A stretch of DNA of 63,812 nucleotides from an uncultured Coriobacteriaceae bacterium (GTDB lineage: Bacteria > Actinomycetota > Coriobacteriia > Coriobacteriales > QAMH01): positions 1 through 63,812 of the forward strand of contig UQUH01000004.1 in NCBI GenBank assembly GCA_900544245.1, in the 5' to 3' direction. Position numbers and translations under genes: made by a program. Positions 46,333 to 54,931 of this stretch are shown here, piece by piece. The notes beneath the pieces were generated by a model. That model did no database searches, was not told where the DNA came from, and was given only the letters and a program-made list of their open reading frames with translations. The first letter of the stretch is position 1. The number at the start of each line of letters is the position of its first letter.

Positions 46333-46893
46333 GTGTTCGGAATAAGTGGCACGGAACTGGTGATTATCCTGTTCTTCGGTTTCCTCATCTTCGGGCCGGA
46401 GAAGCTGCCCCAGATGGGGCGCACCGTGGGACGGGCAATCAGGCAGTTCAGAAACGCCTCTGAGGCGGCGAACAAGAAGTTTAAGGAAGAGGTCGCCGAC
46501 CCCTTCCAGGAGGCCATCGCTCCCTACAAGGATCAGGTCGAGGAATCGACCAAGCCCATCCAAGAGGACATTTCCGCCATCAACGACACGCTCAACGAGA
46601 CGAAGAGCATGTTCACCGACCCGTTCAAGGACATGTTCGGTAGCCCAACGAGCACCCCCAAGGTCGCTCCCGGTGCAGCGATTCCCGGCGGGACCGCCAG
46701 CGAGCCCACTAGCCCCAGTCCCGTCCCGACAGCCGCCGATTCCGCGGCCGATGATCCCTTTGCCGGCGTTATCGATGATGCGCCCGCTAAAGAGCCCGAG
46801 GGCAAGCCCATCCCCGAGACGGGCGGTACCGTCAAGAAGAAGAGCATGGCGGCGAGCCTCTACGACCTCGACGACGAGAAAGCCGGTGAGTGA
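46333..46893 (+). CDS. tatA: Twin-arginine translocase TatA/TatB-family protein (long acidic/Pro-rich tail)
   Basis: I chose the GTG at 46333, preceded by aagga: VFGISGTELVIILFFGFLIFGPEKLPQMGRTVGRAIRQFR, which is the TatA/B hallmark (F-G-P-x-K-L-P). Confidence 0.82.
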   Translation: MFGISGTELVIILFFGFLIFGPEKLPQMGRTVGRAIRQFRNASEAANKKFKEEVADPFQEAIAPYKDQVEESTKPIQEDISAINDTLNETKSMFTDPFKDMFGSPTSTPKVAPGAAIPGGTASEPTSPSPVPTAADSAADDPFAGVIDDAPAKEPEGKPIPETGGTVKKKSMAASLYDLDDEKAGE

Positions 46894-46894
46894 G

Positions 46895-47656
46895 ATGCCC
46901 ATCGGTCCCGCGCGCATGCCGCTCATGGATCATATCGGCGAGCTGCGTCGTCGCATCGTCATCATCGTCGTCGCGCTCGCGGTCACGGTCTGCTTCATGT
47001 ACCTGCTCGCGCCGTATCTCATCGACTTCCTCATTCTCCCCGTGAGCGACTACGTGACCGATGTCTATGTGACAGGTGCGTTCGAGGGCTTCTCGCTGAA
47101 GTTCCGCGTGGCGCTCTTCATGTCGGTCCTCGTCTGCAGCCCCCTCATCTTCTGGGAGCTGCTCGCGTTCTTCCTGCCCGCGCTGCGCCCCAACGAGCGC
47201 CGCTACGTATTGCCCACGTTCTTCGTCGCCGTCGCGCTCTACGTGCTGGGCATGGTGTTCTGCTACTGCTTCTGCCTCAATCCCGCATTCCAATTCCTCA
47301 CGACCGAGAGCATGTCCATCGGCCAGATCCTGCCGCAGGCAACCGATTACCTGCACTACATCATCCTGTTCGAGCTTGCCTTTGGCCTGGCCTTCGAGCT
47401 ACCGCTCGTGGTCTTCTTCCTCATCCTGTTCAACATCGTCCCCTACAAGAAGATGCGCGCCAGCTGGCGAGGCATCTACGTCGGCCTGCTCGTGGTTGCC
47501 GCCATCGTGACACCGGATGCATCCCCCGTGACGATGGGCATCATGTTCGCCGCACTGCTCGCGCTCTACGAGGTGTCACTTGCTGCTGCCCGCATCGCGC
47601 TTGCGCGCAGAATCAAGCGCCAGCGTGCTGAGGAAGAAGCGGAGATGGCCGCGTAA
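46895..47656 (+). CDS. tatC: Twin-arginine translocase subunit TatC
   Basis: A 253-aa product from the ATG at 46895 (MPIGPARMPLMDHIGELRRRIV...). It has six TM segments and the TatC pattern. It starts 2 nt after the tatA stop. Confidence 0.9.
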   Translation: MPIGPARMPLMDHIGELRRRIVIIVVALAVTVCFMYLLAPYLIDFLILPVSDYVTDVYVTGAFEGFSLKFRVALFMSVLVCSPLIFWELLAFFLPALRPNERRYVLPTFFVAVALYVLGMVFCYCFCLNPAFQFLTTESMSIGQILPQATDYLHYIILFELAFGLAFELPLVVFFLILFNIVPYKKMRASWRGIYVGLLVVAAIVTPDASPVTMGIMFAALLALYEVSLAAARIALARRIKRQRAEEEAEMAA

Positions 47657-48027
47657 TGCACGAGCTATCGCTGGTACAGGGCATCTTCGATTCGGTCATT
47701 CCCGTCGCACGGCAAAACGGCGCCACGAAGATCACGGGCATCAAGCTCACCATCGGCGAGATGACGATGGTCGTACCCGAGGCAATGGAGTTCGCCTTCG
47801 AGGCGCTGTCCGAGGATGACCCGTTATTGGACGGCTGCGTGCTCGAGATGGATTTCGTGGCTCCGAAGTCACGTTGCCTGGACTGCGGTAACGAGTTCGA
47901 ACATGACCGTTTTCACAGTCATTGCCCCGCATGCGATTCGGCAGCGACCGTCCTGATTGCGGGACGTGAGCTCGATATCGCCTCCATGGAAATCGAAACA
48001 CCCGATGACGAGGACAGCCCCGCGTAG
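47656..48027 (+). CDS. hypA: Hydrogenase/Ni-enzyme maturation metallochaperone HypA
   Basis: 123-aa ORF starting MHELSLVQGI with the zinc site CLDCG...CPAC. Its ATG overlaps the tatC TAA (TAATG). Confidence 0.9.
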   Translation: MHELSLVQGIFDSVIPVARQNGATKITGIKLTIGEMTMVVPEAMEFAFEALSEDDPLLDGCVLEMDFVAPKSRCLDCGNEFEHDRFHSHCPACDSAATVLIAGRELDIASMEIETPDDEDSPA

Positions 48028-48084
48028 GGCTCGACATACGATGTGCATGGGCCAGATCCTAGCACATCGAGAGAGAAGGATGAC

Positions 48085-48741
48085 ATGGCTTACATCGACC
48101 TGGAAACCAAGATCCTGAACAAGAACGACGAAGGCGCCGCGGCAAACCGCGCCCTGCTCGACGAGAAGGGCGTCTACATGGTCAACGTGCTGGCGAGCCC
48201 CGGGTCGGGCAAGACCTCGACCATCGTGGCGACCATCAACGCGCTGCGCGACAAGTACAACATCGCCGTCATCGAGGGCGACATCGCGAGCGACGTCGAT
48301 TCGCAGACCATCAAGGCCCTGGGTATTCCCGCGGTGCAGATCAACACTGCCGGTGCCTGTCATCTCGAGAGCGACATGCTGCGTCGCGCCCTTGACGTGC
48401 TCGACTTGGACGACATCGACCTCATCTTCATCGAAAACGTGGGGAACCTCGTATGCCCGGCGGACTTCTACCTGGGCGAGAACATCAAGATGATGATCCT
48501 GTCGGTGCCCGAAGGCGATGACAAGCCACTCAAGTACCCCGGCATGTTCCAGGTGGCCGACGCCATCATCCTCAACAAAATCGACGTAATGCCGGCCTTT
48601 ACCTTTGACAAAACGCTCTTCGACGAGCATATCGAGCGCCTCAACCCCGGCGCGCCGAGCTTTGCCATCGCCGCGACCAAGGGCGACGGCGTCGACGAGT
48701 GGGCCAGTTGGCTCTCCGAGCAAATCGAAGCCGCAAAGTAG
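48085..48741 (+). CDS. hypB: Ni-enzyme maturation GTPase HypB
   Basis: A 218-aa product from the ATG at 48085, with VLASPGSGKTS (P-loop), CHLE, ENVGNLVCP and NKID (G4) motifs. Confidence 0.9.
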   Translation: MAYIDLETKILNKNDEGAAANRALLDEKGVYMVNVLASPGSGKTSTIVATINALRDKYNIAVIEGDIASDVDSQTIKALGIPAVQINTAGACHLESDMLRRALDVLDLDDIDLIFIENVGNLVCPADFYLGENIKMMILSVPEGDDKPLKYPGMFQVADAIILNKIDVMPAFTFDKTLFDEHIERLNPGAPSFAIAATKGDGVDEWASWLSEQIEAAK

Positions 48742-48760
48742 AATCGACGAGCTTCGTGCG

Positions 48761-48905
48761 CGTTTTTTTCGATTATGTGAGATGGGACCGAGGCTTCTCT
48801 TCACACAATCGCATTTTTTCTGCTACGGGACTTCACAGGTCTCACATAATCGAAAATTTCTTACATGCGAAGGATGGCGGTCTCGCACTATCGCAATTTC
48901 TTTGC
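48761..48905. repeat. Second array of the ~40-bp-period TTTCGATTATGTGAGAT-type repeats (one forward, three inverted)
   Basis: tttttttcgattatgtgagatggg, then inverted ctcttcacacaatcgcattttttc, gtctcacataatcgaaaatttc and gtctcgcactatcgcaatttc. Located between convergent hypB and ahcY. Confidence 0.75.
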
Positions 48906-48924
48906 GCGCCAGCGGGCTCGTGTT

Positions 48925-50184
48925 CTACACGGTGCCGAGCGTCCAGGAGTTGAGGTAGGCCTCCTGCTCGGGCGTGAGCGTGTCAATCTGTATGCCGAGC
49001 GTGCCGAGCTTAACGCGGGCGATCTCGTCGTCAATCTCGGCCGGGATGTTGTAGCACTGGGGCAGCAGCTCGTCGCGGTGCTTGAGCACGTACTCGGCCG
49101 CGAGCACCTGGTTCGCGAAGCTCATGTCCATGACCTCGGCGGGATGTCCCTCGGCAGCCGAGAGGTTCACGAGGCGTCCGTCGGCGAGCAGGATAATCGT
49201 GCGCCCATCGGGCAGCGTGTACTCGTCGACGAGCGGCTTGAGGGTCTCCTTGGAGACCGCGTGCTCCTCGAGCCAGGGAATGTTGATCTCGCTGTTGAAG
49301 TGGCCGGAGTTGCAGATGATCGCCCCGTCCTTCATGTTCTCGAACGCCGGCGCGTCGATGACGTTGAGGTCGCCGGTCACGGTTACCCAAACGTCGGCTA
49401 ACTTGGCGGCCTCGGCGCACGGCATCACGCGGTAGCCCTCCATGTGCGCCTCGAGCGCCTTGAGCGGATCGACCTCGCAGACGATGACGCTCATGCCCAT
49501 GCCAGCTGCGCGCTGGGCCAGGCCGCGTCCGCAGAAACCGTAGCCGCTCACCACGAGGGTGCGGCCCGCGAGCAGGCGATTGGTCGCGCGCACGATGCCG
49601 TCGAGCGTGGATTGGCCCGTGCCGTAGCGGTTGTCGAAGAAGTGCTTGGTGTTGGCGTCGTTGACATTGAACGAGGGGTACTTGAGCGCGCCGGCAGCCG
49701 ACATCGCAGCCAGGCGAATGACGCCGGTCGTCGTCTCCTCGGTGCCGCCAATCACGTACTTGAGGGCGTCCTGGCGATCGCCGTGGATGCGATCGCAGAG
49801 GTCAGCACCGTCATCCATCGTGATTTGCGGCTTGGTATCGATGACGGCGTCGAGGTGCTTGTAGTAGGTCTCGGTGTCCTCACCACAGCGTGCGTAGACC
49901 TCTGCGCCGTAGTACTTGACGAGCGCGGCCGCCGTGTCGTCCTGGGTGGAGAGCGGATTGCTTGCGCACAACGCGACCTGGGCACCGCCTTCGATCATCG
50001 TGCGTACGAGATTGGCGGTCTCGGTGGTCACGTGCAGACACGCACCGACGCGAATTCCCTCGAAGGGGCGCTCCTTGGCAAAGCGCTCGCGAATCTCGGC
50101 GAGTACGGGCATATCCCGGTCGGCCCACAGGATGCGCGCGCGGCCCTCGTCGGCAAGGTTGATGTCGGTGATGTCGTAGCTCAT
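48925..50184 (-). CDS. ahcY: Adenosylhomocysteinase
   Basis: A 419-aa product from the ATG at 50182-50184 ([28 protein letters not shown]), with the NAD motif [10 protein letters not shown]. Confidence 0.92.
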   Translation of the reverse strand: MSYDITDINLADEGRARILWADRDMPVLAEIRERFAKERPFEGIRVGACLHVTTETANLVRTMIEGGAQVALCASNPLSTQDDTAAALVKYYGAEVYARCGEDTETYYKHLDAVIDTKPQITMDDGADLCDRIHGDRQDALKYVIGGTEETTTGVIRLAAMSAAGALKYPSFNVNDANTKHFFDNRYGTGQSTLDGIVRATNRLLAGRTLVVSGYGFCGRGLAQRAAGMGMSVIVCEVDPLKALEAHMEGYRVMPCAEAAKLADVWVTVTGDLNVIDAPAFENMKDGAIICNSGHFNSEINIPWLEEHAVSKETLKPLVDEYTLPDGRTIILLADGRLVNLSAAEGHPAEVMDMSFANQVLAAEYVLKHRDELLPQCYNIPAEIDDEIARVKLGTLGIQIDTLTPEQEAYLNSWTLGTV

Positions 50185-50232
50185 GGGTTCCTCCTCGATG
50201 AAATGACACGTTGCACATACTAGCACGGGTGA

Positions 50233-50263
50233 ATGAGACAACTACTCGAAGACGCTGTTTCAT
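50233..50263. repeat. Degenerate family B hairpin element
   Basis: atgagacaactactcgaagacgctgtttcat (the right arm has one mismatch). A further half-site, attgtctcat, ends at 50314. Confidence 0.55.
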
Positions 50264-50316
50264 TGCGTAGTGGCACCTGCGGAAAGCGAGGCAAAAACGA
50301 CAAGATTGTCTCATTA

Positions 50317-50332
50317 GTTAGGGTATGCTAAC
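50317..50332. promoter_or_regulatory. GTTAG-N6-CTAAC inverted repeat; candidate DtxR-family operator in front of the Cys-rich peptide gene
   Basis: gttagggtatgctaac, 9 nt upstream of the ATG at 50341. The same half-sites and spacing occur three more times in the feoAB leader regions. Confidence 0.45.
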
Positions 50333-50340
50333 ATTCGGAT

Positions 50341-50601
50341 ATGAACATCGCGAGCTGGATCATACTCATCATCGTCGTCATCTGGATTGGCGTTGCCATC
50401 AAGGTGGCCTTCTTCGGCGGCTTTGGCAAGAAGGGGCGCTCGTGCCACAGCACGCATCACGATGCGAACCTGCCAAGCGACGAGGACCTCAAGCTGCCGA
50501 GTGCTTGCATGGGTTGCAGCAAGGGAAGCTGCGCGGGCTGTGCAAGCGCGTCCGGCAGACGTGACATCCCCATACCCACCGTTCGCAAATCGCGAGGATA
50601 G
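50341..50601 (+). CDS. FeoB-associated Cys-rich membrane protein
   Basis: 86-aa ORF with one N-terminal TM helix (WIILIIVVIWIGVAIKVAFF) followed by CMGCSKGSCAGC. This organisation is typical of the FeoB-associated Cys-rich family, and it sits in an iron locus. Confidence 0.65.
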   Translation: MNIASWIILIIVVIWIGVAIKVAFFGGFGKKGRSCHSTHHDANLPSDEDLKLPSACMGCSKGSCAGCASASGRRDIPIPTVRKSRG

Positions 50602-50676
50602 ATGTGGGGCAGGAACGTTATGCTGCGTCCCCGATGTTCCCGTCTTTGCCTCATTACTGAACGGTGCCTTTCGTTA

Positions 50677-50707
50677 ATGAAACAAATGACCTGTCCATTT
50701 GTCTCAT
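50677..50707. repeat. Family B-variant hairpin
   Basis: atgaaacaaatgacctgtccatttgtctcat. Its loop is the reverse complement of the 25392-25420 copy. Confidence 0.65.
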
Positions 50708-50826
50708 GTCTCACGCACGGTTTCGTCATCTGCATTATCCATAAATTCAGATAAAGGACACATAACGTTTATCAATCCGTAGTATAATGCGCTCATCATC
50801 ATTCCCCAAAGCGAGCGGAGCTACGC

Positions 50827-51246
50827 GTGGCAATCGGCGATCTTACCCCCTCATACGAGGACTACATCGAGGCCATCTACGACCTCGCCCTACATGGCGA
50901 TGGGTCGGTGCGCTCCACCGACGTTGCGGATGCGCTCGGCTTTTCGAAGGCGAGCGTCGCTCGCGCGACCAAGAACCTTCGCGAGATGGGCTACATCGAA
51001 CAGGAGCGCTACGGGGAAATCACGCTTACGCCTGCAGGCAAGGAATACGGCGAGCACATCCTCATGCGCCATCGCGTGCTGCGCGCCTTTCTCATCGACG
51101 CCCTCGGTGTGAACGAGGAAGCGGCCAATCGCGAGGCGTGCATGATGGAACACGCCATCAGCGAGGACACGATGGATAAGTGGATCGCCTGGTACGAGGA
51201 AAATTACGGCCCCGTCTCCGAGACGCCCGCAAGCACAAGAATGTAG
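50827..51246 (+). CDS. DtxR/MntR-family metal-dependent transcriptional repressor
   Basis: 139-aa ORF (GTG start): YEDYIEAIYDL...STDVADALGFSKASVARATKNLREMGYI (wHTH) and HRVLRAFL...EACMMEHAIS (metal-site region). Confidence 0.85.
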   Translation: MAIGDLTPSYEDYIEAIYDLALHGDGSVRSTDVADALGFSKASVARATKNLREMGYIEQERYGEITLTPAGKEYGEHILMRHRVLRAFLIDALGVNEEAANREACMMEHAISEDTMDKWIAWYEENYGPVSETPASTRM

Positions 51247-51259
51247 ACTCCCAAACGCA

Positions 51260-51285
51260 GGAAACGCCCCGTGAGGGGCGTTTCC
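51260..51285. terminator. Hairpin GGAAACGCCCC-GTGA-GGGGCGTTTCC between convergent dtxR-family gene and feoB
   Basis: Perfect 11-bp stem read directly. There is no long U-run on either strand, so terminator function is only plausible. Confidence 0.45.
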
Positions 51286-51365
51286 CGGAGAGAGGGAGGA
51301 CATGTTTGGGGCGGAGAGAGGGGCCGCCCGGAAGATGGCTTGTCCTGAAGCCTGAGTTAGTCGTT

Positions 51366-54056
51366 CTATGCGGCCGCCTTTACGGCCGTGTCCGCATGGG
51401 CGGGCGCGGCGGGCTTGCTGGCCGGGCGGAAGAGCGCCCATAGCAGCGCCGCAACAAACACGATGGCAACGATGGTTCCCAGACTGAAGACACCGGTGAC
51501 GACCCATGCGCCAATCTGGAAGATGATGAGCGAAATCACGTAGGCAAATCCGCACTCCCAGCCGATGGCGGCCCAGAACCACTTGTTGAAGCCACCCATC
51601 TCGCGCTTGATGGCGCCCATGGCCGCGAAGCACGGCGCGCAGAGCAGCTGGAAGGTCATGAAGGCGAAGGCCGCGACCGGCACGAGCAGGGCGGAACCAG
51701 TCGTCGCCGCGAGCGACGCCATGTAGGCACTGGTCCACGCGACATTGGGATCGCCGCCGTACACCACGGCCATAGTCGAGATGACGTTCTCCTTTGCGAT
51801 GAGACCGGTGATGACAGTGGATGCGCATTCCCAGTTGTTGAAGCCGAGCGGCGCGAAGATCCATGCAAAGGCGTTGCCAAAGTACGCGAGGAACGAGTAG
51901 TCCATCAAATCCTCGCCGACCCACATGAACTTGCCCTCGTAGATGCCGTAACCCGACAGGAACCAGACCACGATCGTGGCAAGCAGGATGATGGTGCCCG
52001 CCTTCTTGATGAAGGCCCATGCGCGATCCCACATGCTGCGCAGCAGGTCGACGAAGCGCGGCAGGCGGTATTCGGGCAGCTCCATGACGTAGGGGGTGAC
52101 CTTACCCATGAAGGGCCTGGTCTTGCGCAGGATGATGCCCGAGATGATGATAGCGGCAATGCCCATGAAGTACGCCAGCGGGGCGACCCACCACACGCCA
52201 CCGAAGATGGCCGTCGCGATGAGAGCGATGATCGGCAACTTGGCCGAGCACGGCATGAAGGTCGTGGTCATGACCGTGAGGCGACGGGCGCTCTCGGACT
52301 CGATGGTGCGCGAGGCCATGATGCCCGGCACGCCGCAGCCGGTGCCGACGATCATGGGCACGAAGGTCTTGCCCGACAGGCCGAAGCGGCGGAAGAGGCG
52401 ATCGAGGATGAAGGTGACGCGGGCCATGTAGCCGCAGGCCTCGAGGATCGCCAGCAGGAAGAACAAGATCATGATCTGCGGGACGAAGCCAAGCACGGCG
52501 CCAACGCCGGCGACGATGCCATCCATGATGAGATCGTAGAGCCAGCCGACGCATCCGACGGCCTCGAGCGCGGTACCGATGAGGACGGGGATGCCGGGAA
52601 TCCATAGACCGTAGGCGCTCGGATCCTCGGGCGCGGGCACGCCAACGCCCTGGGTAATGACCTCGCCGGTCTCTCCATCGGTGGCTTCGCCGTCAAAGCT
52701 GTAGACGACAGCCTCGGCCGATCCCTCGCGACCCTCGGCGGCAATTTGCTCGTTACGTGCATCGGCAAGGGCCTGCGCCCGTGCCTCACCCGCTTCGCCG
52801 TAGTACACGAAGTAGTCGGTCTCCATGGCGGATTCCTCGTCGACCGAGGTGTATTCGGCCACGAAGCCGGAACTGGCGGCGTCTTGCTCGAATGCGGCAA
52901 GGGCGGCCTGGAACTCCGGGGACTCGAGGTCGGCGCCCTCGTCGGCTTCCTCGCCGATGAACGCCGCTATCGCATCGGTGTTGACGCCCGCCTCGCCGGC
53001 TTGCGTCAGATACTCACTGACGGCGGTTTGCGCCTCGTCATAAGGCTCGGTCGCGGCATCGAGGGCAGACTGCGCCGTGCCCTCGGCTGACACGATTGCC
53101 ACCGGATCGAGGTACCACCCGTCACCGAAGACACCGTCGTTGGCCCAGTCGGTCGCGTAGGTGCCGACGGTGCTGATGGAGATATAGTAGATGAGCGTGA
53201 TGATCACGACGAAAATCGGCAGCGCGAGGATGCGGTTGGTGAGCACGCTGTCGACCTTCTCGGAGATGGTCGCACCGGAAACAGCGCGCTTGTGGACGCG
53301 CTTGATGAAGCCCTCGATATAGCGATAGCGCTCGTTGGTGATAATGGCATCCGACAAGTCGTTGAAGAGCGCCTCGGCCTCGAAGATGATGTCATCGCAG
53401 TTGACCTTGGTGCCGATTTCCTCGACAGCCTCCTTGTCGCGCTCGAAGAGCTTGATGGCGTAATAGCGGCGCATGTTGCCGGGCATGGCGCTGGGAAGCT
53501 TGTCCTCGATCTTGGTGAGGGCGGATTCAAGTTCGGGAGTGAAACGGACGGGTTGCGGGACGATGCCCTCGCGCGCCGCCCTCACAGCAGTGGCGACCAG
53601 GTCTTCGAGGCCATCGCCCTTGAGTGCCGATATCTCGACGACCGGCACCTGGAGCTGTTCGGAAAGCTCCTTGGACTTGATGGTGTAGCCGCGCTTCTTC
53701 ACGATGTCCATCTGGTTGAGCGCGACCACCACGGGCACGCCGAACTCCATGAGCTGCGTGGTCAGGTAGAGATTGCGCTCGAGGTTGGACGCGTCGACGA
53801 TGTCGATGATGACGTCGGGGTGGCCGTCGACCAGGTAATTGCGCGAGATGACCTCCTCGCTCGAGTACGGGGATAGTGAGTAGATACCCGGCAGGTCGAC
53901 GAACTGGATGTTCTTGTCGCTCTTGAGATGGCCGGTCTTTCGCTCCACCGTCACGCCGGGCCAGTTGCCCACGTATTGATGGTTACCGGTAAGTTGGTTG
54001 AACAGCGTTGTCTTGCCTGAGTTGGGGTTGCCCACCAGCGCAATGGTCGTTTCCAT
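51366..54056 (-). CDS. feoB: Ferrous iron transporter FeoB (with ~170-aa acidic insertion in the first extracytoplasmic loop)
   Basis: 896-aa ORF with the G-domain motifs GNPNSGKTTLFN, DLPG and NQMD, and the gate motif region GYMARVTFILDRLFRRFGLSGKTFVPMIVGTGCGVPGIMASRT. Confidence 0.93.
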   Translation of the reverse strand: METTIALVGNPNSGKTTLFNQLTGNHQYVGNWPGVTVERKTGHLKSDKNIQFVDLPGIYSLSPYSSEEVISRNYLVDGHPDVIIDIVDASNLERNLYLTTQLMEFGVPVVVALNQMDIVKKRGYTIKSKELSEQLQVPVVEISALKGDGLEDLVATAVRAAREGIVPQPVRFTPELESALTKIEDKLPSAMPGNMRRYYAIKLFERDKEAVEEIGTKVNCDDIIFEAEALFNDLSDAIITNERYRYIEGFIKRVHKRAVSGATISEKVDSVLTNRILALPIFVVIITLIYYISISTVGTYATDWANDGVFGDGWYLDPVAIVSAEGTAQSALDAATEPYDEAQTAVSEYLTQAGEAGVNTDAIAAFIGEEADEGADLESPEFQAALAAFEQDAASSGFVAEYTSVDEESAMETDYFVYYGEAGEARAQALADARNEQIAAEGREGSAEAVVYSFDGEATDGETGEVITQGVGVPAPEDPSAYGLWIPGIPVLIGTALEAVGCVGWLYDLIMDGIVAGVGAVLGFVPQIMILFFLLAILEACGYMARVTFILDRLFRRFGLSGKTFVPMIVGTGCGVPGIMASRTIESESARRLTVMTTTFMPCSAKLPIIALIATAIFGGVWWVAPLAYFMGIAAIIISGIILRKTRPFMGKVTPYVMELPEYRLPRFVDLLRSMWDRAWAFIKKAGTIILLATIVVWFLSGYGIYEGKFMWVGEDLMDYSFLAYFGNAFAWIFAPLGFNNWECASTVITGLIAKENVISTMAVVYGGDPNVAWTSAYMASLAATTGSALLVPVAAFAFMTFQLLCAPCFAAMGAIKREMGGFNKWFWAAIGWECGFAYVISLIIFQIGAWVVTGVFSLGTIVAIVFVAALLWALFRPASKPAAPAHADTAVKAAA

Positions 54057-54082
54057 GTCGTGCTTTCTTCCTCTCCGTGCCT

Positions 54083-54113
54083 TTGATTCCGAATGAGACA
54101 GATGCTCTGAGCA
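54083..54113. repeat. Family B hairpin element in the feoA-feoB intergenic spacer
   Basis: atgagacagatgctctgagcaactgtctcat. Confidence 0.85.
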
Positions 54114-54114
54114 A

Positions 54115-54132
54115 CTGTCTCATTTGTTAGCT
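54115..54132. promoter_or_regulatory. Perfect 18-bp palindrome TGTTAGCTATAGCTAACA (GTTAG-N6-CTAAC); candidate metalloregulator operator upstream of feoB
   Basis: Read directly. It lies 59-76 nt upstream of the feoB start codon on the - strand. Confidence 0.5.
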
Positions 54133-54200
54133 ATAGCTAACAGCAGTGTAAAAAGATGGACTGGCATAAGGGGTAGCCAGCCCATCGTCTTACCGAGTGG

Positions 54201-54425
54201 TTAGACCGCCTGGACCTCGATCTTGTCGAGATCGGACTTGCGTAGCGACAGGTGATAGCCACGCACGGTCAGGTCGACGGGATCTCCCAACGGGGCGACC
54301 TTATCCACCCTGATTTGCGCGCCCTTGGTAATGCCCATGTCCATGATGCGACGACGGGTCGCGCCCTCGTCGCGGAGCTTTACCACCGTGCACGTCGCAC
54401 CCGGTTTGATATCGGAAAGTGTCAT
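54201..54425 (-). CDS. feoA: Ferrous iron transport protein FeoA
   Basis: A 74-aa product from the ATG at 54423-54425 (MTLSDIKPGATCTVVKL...MDMGITKGAQIRV), an SH3-like FeoA pattern. Confidence 0.88.
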   Translation of the reverse strand: MTLSDIKPGATCTVVKLRDEGATRRRIMDMGITKGAQIRVDKVAPLGDPVDLTVRGYHLSLRKSDLDKIEVQAV

Positions 54426-54435
54426 GATAGCCTCC

Positions 54436-54475
54436 GTAGTTAGCATTCGTTAACTACATATTAGACAACGCTAAC
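54436..54475. promoter_or_regulatory. Two adjacent GTTAG-N6-(C/T)TAAC sites upstream of feoA; candidate metalloregulator operators
   Basis: gtagttagcattcgttaactac (54436-54457, a 22-bp imperfect palindrome) and attagacaacgctaac (54460-54475). Confidence 0.45.
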
Positions 54476-54537
54476 TTATTGTCAATGCACATTTTGCAAT
54501 TATTTTGCGATTGGCAAGAGCGGTGCGACCGGGACAA

Positions 54538-54570
54538 CCAGACAAAAGTGTCCCGGCGAGTTTTGTCTGG
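54538..54570. repeat. CCAGACA hairpin element (second copy)
   Basis: ccagacaaaagtgtcccggcgagttttgtctgg, immediately 3' of the carrier-protein gene. Confidence 0.75.
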
Positions 54571-54574
54571 TGCC

Positions 54575-54820
54575 CTACTCCTCCTCGGCGAGGCGCAGCA
54601 CCATCTCGTAGATGCCCTGGGCGCTGTTGAAGTTGGCCGGGACGACCTCCTTGGCGGGAACCGCGATGTCGAACTCGTCGTCGATTGCGTTGATGATCGC
54701 GAGGATATCGAAGGAGTCGAGGAAGCGCTCGTCGACCAGCGCCGTGCAGTTCTCGTAGTCGACGTCCTCCTCGACGTCCTTGAGCAGATCGATGATGGCC
54801 TCGAGCGTGATGTCGTCCAT
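54575..54820 (-). CDS. Carrier protein (DltC/ACP-like, phosphopantetheine-binding)
   Basis: An 81-aa acidic product from the ATG at 54818-54820 (MDDITLEAIIDLLKDVEE...ERFLDSFDILAIINAIDDEF). The DS(F/L)D serine motif sits at the start of helix 2. The longer ORF-track start lies inside a hairpin repeat. Confidence 0.75.
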   Translation of the reverse strand: MDDITLEAIIDLLKDVEEDVDYENCTALVDERFLDSFDILAIINAIDDEFDIAVPAKEVVPANFNSAQGIYEMVLRLAEEE

Positions 54821-54845
54821 GACGTACGTTCCTTTCATCTTGTGA

Positions 54846-54878
54846 ATGAGACGGTTTAGTCTGACCAATTTGTCTCAT
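54846..54878. repeat. Family B hairpin element (divergent loop)
   Basis: atgagacggtttagtctgaccaatttgtctcat. Confidence 0.75.
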
Positions 54879-54900
54879 TGCTCACCGGACCCTACGGGTG

Positions 54901-54931
54901 ATGAGACAGTTGCTCAGAGCGAGCGTCTCAT
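54901..54931. repeat. Family B hairpin element containing the decarboxylase stop codon
   Basis: atgagacagttgctcagagcgagcgtctcat. The tca at 54928-54930 is the TGA stop of the upstream - strand gene. Confidence 0.85.
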
